In this document: one piece after another, positions 49,531-59,069 of the stretch
Position numbering within the stretch: the first letter of the stretch is position 1
Layout: every line of letters starts with the position of its first letter
Origin: an uncultured delta proteobacterium
GTDB lineage: Bacteria > Desulfobacterota > Desulfobacteria > Desulfobacterales > Desulfatirhabdiaceae
Direction: 5' to 3'
DNA: 64,000 bases
Assembly: GCA_963789395.1 (NCBI GenBank)
Contig: CAWBKP010000022.1
Location: 333,455-397,454, forward strand
Notes under the pieces: generated by a model
What the model was told of the DNA's origin: nothing
Databases searched by the model: none
The model's input: only the letters and a program-made list of their open reading frames with translations
Program-made: the position numbers and the translations under genes

Positions 49531-52500
49531 ATGACTAAAAAGCCAACATACGAAGAGCTTGAGCAACGAGTTCTGGAATTAGAGAAAGCCGATTTCAAGC
49601 GCAAACAGGCTGAAACATGCAATGTGGGAGAGTGAGAGTCTTCTCAGCAGCATCTTCCGTGCTGCTCCTACAGGGATCGGTGTAGTGAGCAACCGAATTT
49701 TGCTGGCTGTTAATGACCGGGTCTGTGATATGCTCGGTTACAGCCGGGAAGAAATGATCGGCCATAGCGCCAGGATGCTGTACCCAAGTGAAGCCCATTT
49801 TGAATATGTGGGCACGGAAAAATACCGTCAGATCCTCCAATGTGGAACCGGCACGGTAGAAACGCTCTGGCAGTGTAAAGATGGCCGCGTAATAGACATA
49901 CTGATGAGCTCTGCCCCCATTAATCCCGAGGATCTCGCTGCGGGAGTGACATTCACTGCTCTCGATATCACTGAACGTAAAAAAGCAGAGGGATCGCTGC
50001 GAGAGAGTGAGGCCATGCAACGCATCCTGCTGGACAATCTTCCTGCCGGAGTAATCATCGTAGACCCTTTGACCCGGAGCATCGAGAGAGTAAATGATTA
50101 TGCGGCCGCTTTGTTTGGCGGTCCGATTGACTGCCTTATAGGCCAAAGATGTCACACATTATTATGTCCTGTAAACGATGGGGCATGTCCCATATGTGAC
50201 TTGGGCAATACAGTGGAAAACTCAGAGTGTGAGATTCTTCGAAATGACGGCAGTCGTCTGCCCGTTATCAAAACCGTGAAGCGAATCCAGTTAAAGGTCA
50301 AGAGAAGCTTCTGGAATGCTTTGTGGATGTTTCTGACCGCAAGCAGGCAGAGGAAGATCGCGCACTGAACGCTCAGCGCACGCAAGCGCTTCTGCATCTG
50401 AACCAGATGACGGAAGCAACACTGCAGGAGATCACGGACTTCGCCTTGGAGGAAGCCGTAAGGTTGACCAAAAGCACTATCGGTTATCTTGCTTTTCTCA
50501 ACGACGACGAGAATGTTCTGGCCATGCACTCGTGGTCGAAATCGGCAATGGCGGCGTGTGCCATTGCCGACAAGCCGATCATTTACCCGATCGAGACCAC
50601 CGGCCTCTGGGGAGAAGCGGTACGGCAGCGCCGGCCTGTTGTCACAAACGATTACATCACCGCCGGGCATTTGAAAAAAGGTTGTTCGGAGGGACACGTC
50701 GCCATAGGACGTCACATGAACACCCCGGTGTTCGATGGCGCCAGAATCGTTCTTGTGGCGGGTGTCGGCAACAAAGCCGAAGAGTACAATCAGGACGATG
50801 TCCAGCAGTTGTCACTGATTATGGAAGGCATGTGGCGGTTGATAGAACGCAAGCGGGCGGAGTTGGCACTTCGGGAAAATGAGGAAAAATTCCGTCTAAC
50901 GTTTAGTTCCAGTCCAGATGCAGTGGTCATCAGTCGCCTGGATGACGGTCTAATTGTAGATGTCAATGAAGGGTTTACCCGAATGACCGGCTTCACCCTG
51001 GACGATTTTATCGGAAAAACGTACATGGAAATTGACTTATGGCATGATGCTTATTGACAGACAAATGTTATTTCATGGTCTTCGGGAAAAAGGTTTTTAC
51101 GAGAACTTGGAAGGTCAATTCCGAAGGAAAAATGGCAGCCTTAGTACTGGATTGATGTCTGCCAGAGTCATTTCTCTCAAGGGTGTACCGCATATCATCT
51201 CCATTGTGCGAGATATCACAGAGCGCAAAATGGCAGAGGAAGCAATCGCCAAAGAAAGAACCCTTTCCGACAATATCATCAATTCTTTACCCGGCATTTT
51301 TTACATGTTTGATGATTTGGGGAAACTTGTACGTTGGAATAGAAAATTTGAGGAAGTAACCGGTTATTCGCCTGAAGAATTGCTTGGAATGCAACCAACT
51401 GATTTCTTTTCAGAAGAACACAAAAGCTATATCGCTTTACGCGTTCTGTCCGTATTTTCAGAAGGAGAGGCTTTTGCAGAAGCCCCTTTTCTGACAAAAG
51501 AAGGGGATAGTATACCTTACTTTTTCACCGGTCGACTCACCATATTAGATGGAAAGCAACATTTACTCGGTGTTGGAGTCGACATAACCGAGCGCATACG
51601 CGTAGAAGAGGAAAAGGATGCGCTCCAGGCAAAACTTCAGCAAGCTCAGAAATTTGAGGCAATCGGTACCCTCGCAGGTGGCGTCGCCCACGATTTCAAC
51701 AACCTGTTGATGGGCATTCAGGGTCGTGCATCACTGCTTTCGTTCGATCTGGAACCTTCTCATCCCCATTGGGAGCATGTCAATGCCATCGAGGAATATA
51801 TCCGCAGCGCAACGAGTCTTACCAAACAACTGTTGGGCTTTGCCAGGGGCGGCAAATATGAAGTCAATCCTGTTGATATGAATGAATTGGTGCGCGGCAG
51901 CTCCGCTATGTTCGGCCGGACAAAAAAACAAATTCGCATCCATACCAAATGCCAGGCAACACCTCTGGTGGTGGAAGCGGACAGGGGGCAGATCGAGCAG
52001 GTGCTCCTTAACATGTATATCAACGCATGGCAGGCAATGCCACCCGGTGGGGGGAATCTTTATCTGGAAACAAATATCGTCACGCTGGATCAGGTGAACT
52101 GTAAACCCCATCAGGGAGAGCCGGGACGATACGTCAAGGTTTCAATCACGGATACCGGATCCGGCATGGATGAAGCCACCCGTCTTCGAATTTTCGATCC
52201 GTTTTACACCACCAAGGAAATGGGCCGGGGAACCGGTCTGGGGTTGGCTTCAGCATATGGGATCATTAAGAATCACGGCGGGATGATTACAGTTTACAGT
52301 GAAATCGGTCACGGAACCACATTCAACATCTATCTGCCGGAATCAGATAAAGAATCTGATCGAGAGGTTCCTATCGAAAGAGGGCTCATCAAGGGATCGG
52401 CCACCATCCTTCTGGTTGATGATGAAGAGTTGATCATCGATGTCGGCCAGGCCATGCTGGAGAGGCTGGGCTATCGAGTCATGGTCTGCAGAGGTGGTCA

Positions 52501-52783
52501 GGAAGCCGTCAAGATGATCACTGACATGGGGGACGAAATCGATCTGGTAATCCTTGACATGATCATGCCTGGAATGGACGGGGGCATGACGTTTGACCGC
52601 ATTCATGAGATTCAGCCAGACATGCCGGTTATTCTTTCCAGCGGATATGCTATCAACGGTCATGCGTACAAAATCATGCGCAGGGGCTGCAACGGGTTCA
52701 TTCAAAAACCGTATAATTTTTCAGAGCTTTCAGAAAAAATTGGAAAAGTACTGGACAAGGTAAAAGGCTCCTCTCATGCTTAG
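49531..52783 (+). CDS. Multi-PAS/GAF hybrid histidine kinase with receiver; three single-base indels (~49614, ~50294, ~51051)
   Basis: MTKKPTYEELEQRV start, PAS repeats (DITERK), GAF (VGNKAEEY), AHDFNNLL, GTGLGL, receiver DMIMPGMDG..IQKP. Confidence 0.82.
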
Positions 52784-52929
52784 TGATCCTAAACAGAAAT
52801 ATTCACAGGTCGATTTTCTTATGAATACCTTTCGTATCCATAAAGATGGCCGGACTCAACAATCTATGCAAGTAAGCATGAAAATATCAAATCTGGTTTC
52901 TCGCTATTTCGGATTTGTCACCCATACAA
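52736..52929 (+). repeat. Full copy (B) of the kinase-tail/promoter module
   Basis: Aligns by eye with minus-strand 63578-63726, 61546-61650 and 61298-61368. Confidence 0.75.
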
Positions 52930-53118
52930 TAGAGATGAGCCTTGATAATTCTAAAATCGAAAAAACTCCTATCGATAGGTGTATTATGTTTAATTCGAAT
53001 AGTTGTCTTGGTCAGACTCTATGCCCTATGACGTGCTTAAGCCCTTTGTTCCCTTTAATGCTTCGATAAATAAGGTTCCTGACACTTTTTTACTCCACGC
53101 GTTGTAAGTCTCACTTTC

Positions 53119-54477
53119 TCACGGCGGAAGGTTACCGGTTGCGGGAGTATCCGGCGCCGATTCCAACATGTGCGGCGCAAAACGTTGCGTCAGTACCGGC
53201 CCCATGATGGAAGTTACAAGAACCAAGATAAGTATGGCATTGAGAATCCGGCCATCGAGCAGCGGCTGTCCGGCTGCATTGAAAGTCCTGTATGCGACCA
53301 GCGTGGCAGCGAGTGTCGCCGCAACCTGTGGCAGCGTGAGCGACCACATCGTTCTGCGTGCCGCCGGGGTGTAACCGAAAGCAAGACCTGCAAGTTCTGC
53401 TGCAATCCATTTGCTGACAACGAGGGCACCAATGATTCCAGCAACGATGGCAAAATTGTCAGTTAAGCTGCGGACAAGCGCGAGTGGGTCGATCAGGAAG
53501 CCGGTCACGACGAAGAAGGTGGGTATAAACAAAGAATTACCCAAAAATTCGAGCTTGGTTTTGGCTGGCTTGTCTTTGACCACTGCGTTGACCGCTAGGC
53601 CGGCCATGAACGTTCCGACGATGCCCGGCAAGTTGATAATCTGCGCCAGCAACGCCGTCATGGCGAGAATGACAAGCATCAAGATGAAATAGGTCTCCTC
53701 CTCGTCTTCCACCTTCCGCAAAATATATGCCCCCGCATGGCTCAGCCCGAACAAAACTAAGGGGACGAACACGATTATTTCGACGATCTGTATGGCAAGC
53801 CCCGAAGCTGAAAAGCCACTGGCATATAAAGGGACACAGATGGCGAACACAAGCAGTGACAAGGTGTCCGATACCATCGTGGCGCCAATCGTAACAACGA
53901 TGGGCTCGAGGCGGTTTCCTCCCAGTTTTGCAACAATGGTCAATCCGAGCAGTGTATGTGAGGATAGCAACGTTCCCACGACAATAGCCGGCAGCAGTCC
54001 GTAGCCAAGCCAGTGCGCTACTATCGTGCCAAAAAACAACGGCAATAAAGTAGTGGTCACACCGAACATAATCGACCGGAAGATTTTTTGCCGAAATAAC
54101 CGAAGGTCGATTTCCAGTCCTGCAAAGAACATCAGCAAGAGCATACCCAGTTCGGAGAAAAACTCGACGATTGGGTGATGCTCGGGAAATACAGCGAGCA
54201 TGTGGGGCCCAACCGCCACGCCGCTCAGTAGCAATCCTACTGCTTCCGGCAGGTGAACTCGGCGAGAGAGACGTGGAATACTGATGAGAAGTACCATGCC
54301 GATCGCAAACCTTGCCAGCACGGGCAGTAGAGAAATCCCGCGATGAAGATATTCGAGAATCTCCTTGCTGTCTTGCCTCACCAATGTCTCCGAATTCTCC
54401 GCCGCAAATACCGGGCAGTCGATGAAAGCCAGACCGATAGCGATTACGGTGAGTAAGACTGCAATTTTTGATTTCAT
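53119..54477 (-). CDS. Cation:proton antiporter (CPA2 / Na+/H+ exchanger family) with an N-terminal signal-like extension
   Basis: GVAVGPH, LLMFFAGLEID, SSHTLLG, SDTLSL, FIPTFFVVTG, PQVAATLAA. Confidence 0.85.
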   Translation of the reverse strand: MKSKIAVLLTVIAIGLAFIDCPVFAAENSETLVRQDSKEILEYLHRGISLLPVLARFAIGMVLLISIPRLSRRVHLPEAVGLLLSGVAVGPHMLAVFPEHHPIVEFFSELGMLLLMFFAGLEIDLRLFRQKIFRSIMFGVTTTLLPLFFGTIVAHWLGYGLLPAIVVGTLLSSHTLLGLTIVAKLGGNRLEPIVVTIGATMVSDTLSLLVFAICVPLYASGFSASGLAIQIVEIIVFVPLVLFGLSHAGAYILRKVEDEEETYFILMLVILAMTALLAQIINLPGIVGTFMAGLAVNAVVKDKPAKTKLEFLGNSLFIPTFFVVTGFLIDPLALVRSLTDNFAIVAGIIGALVVSKWIAAELAGLAFGYTPAARRTMWSLTLPQVAATLAATLVAYRTFNAAGQPLLDGRILNAILILVLVTSIMGPVLTQRFAPHMLESAPDTPATGNLPP

Positions 54478-54501
54478 ATGCACCTCTTTCCCTCAACTTC
54501 A

Positions 54502-54936
54502 CTATTTCATTTGCCTGTGAGGCGTCGAAACCGCCACCCACGGCAAGGTGAAGATTGATACGGTTGACCAGAAGGGCGCTGCGCAACTGGATGAGATTGG
54601 CCTGGCTTTCAAGGAGTCTTTCCTGAAGCTGCAGAACCGACAACACGTCCATGGCGCCAGCCACATATTTAAACCATGCGATGCGCATGGGCTGGACCGA
54701 TCCTCGATGTCGGTGGACTTGAAAGCCCAGATCAATCCCTGGATCCAAAGTACCACAGCCAGGAAGCCATCCCAGCTTATGAGGGTCACCGCATCGGCAA
54801 CCAAGTGCTTGCGGGAGATCGCGATTTTGCCAGGAAGCCCCAGGATAAGGATAAGCTCCCATCCGCACGCAGCGGCAATGATGAAAAGAGCTGCGAATGT
54901 CGTGTAACCCCAGAAGTCAAGTTGAAGGCAGAACAA
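54502..54936 (-). pseudogene. Degenerate DUF3302-like gene joined to the C-terminal stub of a TolC-type outer membrane factor
   Basis: LGLPGKIAISRKH..DAV...W.GF...W...LIWAF in one frame; KYVAGAMDVLSVLQLQ..NRINLHLAVGGGF in an overlapping frame. Confidence 0.6.
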
Positions 54937-55082
54937 AGATTTAATGATTTCTTTATGATTTTATTCCCTTACGTTCAATTGTCCTGAAATCATATGGACG
55001 CATGGCTCCCCCAAATACGGCCTGAGCCATGTGTCATAGGCTTTTTTTCAGTTGTTTTGTTTTCTGTCGGCCAATCTATTGA

Positions 55083-56093
55083 CTATTGATCGAAAGCGAA
55101 GATATGCTTCCAGTCGTTCTTCATACTTATGACCGTCCAGCCCTGATTCTTCGCCTGGTCGTAGAGCGACTGGGGGAATTCGCCTACCTTGGTATCAGGC
55201 AGTCCCAGTGCCGGTCCGTATGCATACTCGCGCTTCGCATCGTCGTGCAGCACGAGCATCGCAAGCCGCATCCCGTCGCCAGTCATTGTATACTCCAGCA
55301 TCTGCCGGTCTCCTGGCGAATTGCCGAAAGCCGCGTATGGCCTGCGGCCGATCATGAAGTGAATGCCTTCGGGCTTGCCGGCGTTGTTGTCGTTCAGTAG
55401 CATCTTGGGTTCCTTGGTCAGGAACGGCTTTCCGCTCTTATCGTAGCCGTACTTGGTGCCGCTGGCGCTGCCGATCACCTGCTCGGGCGGAATGCCGTAG
55501 GTTTGCTCAGAGTAGACCCGCACGAAGTCCTGGCCGCCGCCGGTGACAATGTAAGTCTTGTAGCCGTTGTTACGGAGATATTTCAGCACTTCCTGCATCG
55601 GCAGGTAGGTGAGCTCGGTGTAGAGCTTCTTCCAGCGAGAATCTCTGGCTGTTTCGAGCCACTTCTTCACCTCGGTTTGGAATGTCTCGACCGACATGCC
55701 GGTCAGCGTCGCAGCAAGGATTTTCTCGAGATCACTCATCGAGATCCTGGCCATCGCCTCCCGGTTGCCGGACAGCACCGTCTTGAAGGGCTCAACGTTT
55801 TTGAGTTCCGGCTTCACCTTGACGATCGACGGAACTCGCTCCAGGCAGTACATCACCTGTGCGTACATCGGGTGTGAGACCCACAGTGTACCGTCTTGGT
55901 CGAAGGTTGCGATGCGCTCTGCGGGTGGTACGAACTTCGGGCTGTCTTGCGTGGTGGTCGCCTGCACGAATTCTACAATCGCCTGCTTGGCCGGGCCGTC
56001 GTTCCAGGAGGGCAGTGGGTCGTCGGCCCACACGTTCAGGTCAAGTGCAAGCATTACGAGCGTTAAGAATAAGAATAGTCTCATCGGTTTCAT
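55083..56093 (-). CDS. Secreted HAD-family phosphatase
   Basis: Signal peptide, DPLPSWNDG, ATFDQDGTLW, IVTGGG, AFGNSPGD, HDDAKREYAY. Confidence 0.85.
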   Translation of the reverse strand: MKPMRLFLFLTLVMLALDLNVWADDPLPSWNDGPAKQAIVEFVQATTTQDSPKFVPPAERIATFDQDGTLWVSHPMYAQVMYCLERVPSIVKVKPELKNVEPFKTVLSGNREAMARISMSDLEKILAATLTGMSVETFQTEVKKWLETARDSRWKKLYTELTYLPMQEVLKYLRNNGYKTYIVTGGGQDFVRVYSEQTYGIPPEQVIGSASGTKYGYDKSGKPFLTKEPKMLLNDNNAGKPEGIHFMIGRRPYAAFGNSPGDRQMLEYTMTGDGMRLAMLVLHDDAKREYAYGPALGLPDTKVGEFPQSLYDQAKNQGWTVISMKNDWKHIFAFDQ

Positions 56094-56152
56094 GATATCC
56101 TCCCTAACGGTATATTTTATTTGACATCCTCTCCGACCCAACTGCATGCCGC

Positions 56153-56212
56153 TAGAGCTTGGAATTTAAATTTGTTTCGGATTTTACCTGTACGGTGTTT
56201 CCATTCAGGCGC
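56153..56212 (-). repeat. Hairpin+heptamer repeat, copy 4
   Basis: Minus strand reads GCGCCTGAATGGAAACACCGTACAGGTAAAATCCGAAACAAATTTAAATTCCAAG directly after the marC stop. Confidence 0.7.
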
Positions 56213-56865
56213 TATTTAGTGGCAAGCGCTTTAAAGCCTGCCCAGGCTATCTCAACGCCAATACAAAGCACAAAAAAGGCAAGAATTTTCGAAATTGCCA
56301 AAGCAGCGGCGGCTGAAAATTTCCTGGTCATAAAATTGAGATTGCGGTAGCAAGTGGAGACGGCTACACATATCAAGCAAATTCCAATGATCGCAGAACC
56401 TTGTTCCATCGTTAGAATGAGCCTGGATTCGCGATTCAAATGGGCACTGAAGGTCAAGACAACCGCCAGTCCTCCCGGGCCTATCGTCAGGGGAAAGGTA
56501 AAGGGATAAAACGTCTTCAGTTCAATTGAGGAACGCGGATCGCCCACTTCGGATGCAGGATTCGCGGTTTCCTTCTGGTTCAAAAGCCCCCACCCCATCA
56601 ATGCCAATGTAATGCCTCCCGAGAGTTGAACAACCGGGATGGAAATTCCAAACAGCTTGAGAATGTAACCGCCGAAAAAAAAGAAAAAAGATAATAACAG
56701 AAAGGAATACAGCGCAATTTTTCTGGATGTCGATTTCCAGGTTTGATCGTCAACCCCTCTGGTCATCCCGTAAAGGATAAGGGCGGTTCCGATTGGATTG
56801 ACTACCGGAAACAGCGCTGCGAATATCATTGAAATAATTTTTGTATAAACGAATAAATTGGTCAT
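56212..56865 (-). CDS. MarC family membrane protein
   Basis: LFPVVNPIG, FGISIPVVQLSGG, FYPFTFPLTIGPG, LCIGVEI. Confidence 0.88.
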   Translation of the reverse strand: MTNLFVYTKIISMIFAALFPVVNPIGTALILYGMTRGVDDQTWKSTSRKIALYSFLLLSFFFFFGGYILKLFGISIPVVQLSGGITLALMGWGLLNQKETANPASEVGDPRSSIELKTFYPFTFPLTIGPGGLAVVLTFSAHLNRESRLILTMEQGSAIIGICLICVAVSTCYRNLNFMTRKFSAAAALAISKILAFFVLCIGVEIAWAGFKALATK

Positions 56866-57007
56866 TCTATTTATAACCTCTTTGACTTCACAGCATTTCC
56901 ATTTCAGGAACACCCTGCGGTTTTTGTCTTGCCCGACTTGACCAGAAGCACCATTACTCCGGCAACTCATAATTTAGGCAGAATTTTATCTTTGAGTCAT
57001 CGCAGGC

Positions 57008-57110
57008 TCAACGACGTCCTCCAAATCCGCCTCTACCAAAACCTCCTCTTCCAAAGCCGCCAGCACCAAAACGGTCAGCAAAACTGCCACCACCGCATCT
57101 TCAAGATCGA
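57008..57110 (-). pseudogene. Orphan RGG-rich C-terminal gene remnant
   Basis: Translates GGGSFADRFGAGGFGRGGFGRGGFGGRR-stop with no upstream start. Confidence 0.5.
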
Positions 57111-57310
57111 TTAGGTAATCCTTTCGTTTATATGAAAATAGAAAATTTATTATTTAATTCAGTCGGTTGTATTTAGCCCATTTTCATTGTTCGTTGTGCC
57201 CTTGCCGGGCATGGGGGTTAATAATAAAATACAGTGGGAAGGGCTTTCAGCCTCTGTACCTCTGGAGCGGAGCAGCTTTCCGCCATCCGGCCACATATCG
57301 TGATTGTATT

Positions 57311-57900
57311 TTAATTAAGATCCGTATCCCTGGAGTACTTGGCTCCAGTGACGCTGATTCCGACCATAAGCCCTTGTTCAGTGAGCTGGTACAGATACAC
57401 GCCCTGAGACACCGACACGGCTCCGGCGAGTGCGGCGCCCTGGGTTTTGACTCTTGGCGGCCAGCATGGCATTGGCGCCTGCCTCCCAGCCGGAAGTCAC
57501 AAATGAGTTAAACGCAGCGGGAGTCTCGAAAACAAACACCAGCCAGAACTTCTCGGCTCCCAGACCCAGGCCGGGCTGGAGCTCCATCATCTTCATGAAG
57601 ATTTCCTGGCCTGGTGGCGTTGTTCACAGCAATGCCCTTGCCCTTGGCGCCGCCCGCGTAAACGAGCTTGAAGCCGAAGTCGCTGAAGACCGCATAGCCT
57701 GCCGAGTTCGTCACCACGCTCTGTGCTCCGGGGTTGTTGCTGTAAAGCTGGGTGAGCGCCTGATTGGCCATATTCCGCAGGGAATTCTGCTGATAAGCTA
57801 TATCGGATGGCGATAATGGCGCCGTCGCACAGGCCGCAACGCCCAGGCAGAGTAATGTAATTGCCAATGTCTTTACGATACGTATTCTGTTTTCCTTCAT
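57311..57900 (-). CDS. YSC84/SYLF-like lipoprotein, two extra bases (~57612, ~57445)
   Basis: Lipobox VAAC, AGYAVFS, GAKGKGIA, GLGLGAEKF.LVFVF, YQLTEQGLMVGISVTGAKY across three frames. Confidence 0.7.
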
Positions 57901-57989
57901 CGTCTTCTTCTCCTTTTATAATGAACAGTGTACTCTCACATGCGGGAAAGGCGTTTAATTGTCGACATTTTCCAACCCGCCTTATCGAT

Positions 57990-58804
57990 TTATTTCGGGA
58001 ACATGAACTGCACCTGGGCCGAATCTGCCAGTCTGGGCCGTCATCCGGCGTGATGACGTTGTAGTAGGTTGAAAGTTGCATGTTGACCGGCAGCTTGCCG
58101 AAGTGGAATATCTTGCCGATGCCGCCGCCAAGCGGCACCGTCCATTGCTGGCCGCTGTCGGCTTGCCAGTTGACGGTGGCGATGGGGGCGCTGGTAAGAT
58201 AGAGGCCATCCGACAAGTTATAATTGACAAATGGCTGTATCAGGCCGTTGTTGTAAGAGCCGCCCTGGTTGTCGTCAGAGACCGACCAGATGTTGTTGGC
58301 CAGAACCCCGTAGACCCAGGGGTCACCCTTGTCGAGGTGCAGCACAACTACCGAGGGGCCGACACCCAAGTTCCTGTTGCCTAGGTACTCGTCGCTGTTG
58401 GTGGGGATCTGCACTACCGGCCCGGCGCCCCAGATCCACTTCCCAGGGTTGGCGGGAGAAAGAAAGGCTGTGAAAACGGTATCCCCGATGCCGTTGGTCC
58501 GGTCATCATAAGGGGCAGGCTGAGAGATCACCGGCAGAATGGTGCGGGTAATGATGTTCCACTCGCTGCTGATATGGATTGGAATAACCGGCTGGATGTT
58601 TAGTATGTTCTGCGTGCGATCCTGTGGTCCTACGTGATAGTTGGTGTTGTTCTGGAACGGCACGCTGATCAGGTTGCCCACCGGATTTTGGGCAAGCTTG
58701 GCCAGTTCCTCGGCGCTCATTTCGGCCAGTGCCGGTGCGGTGGTGAGAAGTGAAACAGCTATTGCCGTAGCTGCCAGCCATTGATTCTTGAAAAGGTTAA
58801 TCAT
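57990..58804 (-). CDS. Putative outer-membrane beta-barrel ('neuromedin U'-annotated family), one missing base near 58019
   Basis: Signal peptide, ELAKLAQNPV, LNIQPVIP, QPFVNYN, WTVPLGGG. Restored end reads QIRAQVQFMFPK. Confidence 0.7.
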
Positions 58805-58814
58805 GAATCCTCCG

Positions 58815-58925
58815 TTATAAAAAGCGATGATTCAAGAAGGGCATTGCCAGAAGCGAGGGCGACATCACCAGCACCAGACCGGTTTCCGCCTCGATCACAG
58901 CAGTCAGGGTGAGAAGGTTATTCAT
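58815..58925 (-). pseudogene. Truncated N-terminus of a small membrane protein
   Basis: MNNLLTLTAVIEAETGLVLVMSPSLLA then an abrupt end (36 aa). Confidence 0.4.
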
Positions 58926-59069
58926 TGGTGATTCTTTGTTTGTCTAGTTAGACGCGCCGCACCCAATTTGGACAGGTGCGGCCGGGATGATTTTACAGTC
59001 ATATATGATTTGGACTGAGAGGAAAGCGGGCGGCAATTGCGAGCCGCCCAGCAGTGAAGGTTATTACGG

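Noticed and set aside
52776..53069. 97-aa ORF, or conserved peptide MNT.RIH.DGRT, as the function of the repeated module
   Set aside because: Differences between copies B and C are mostly non-synonymous and copy A breaks the frame, so the module is treated as non-coding.
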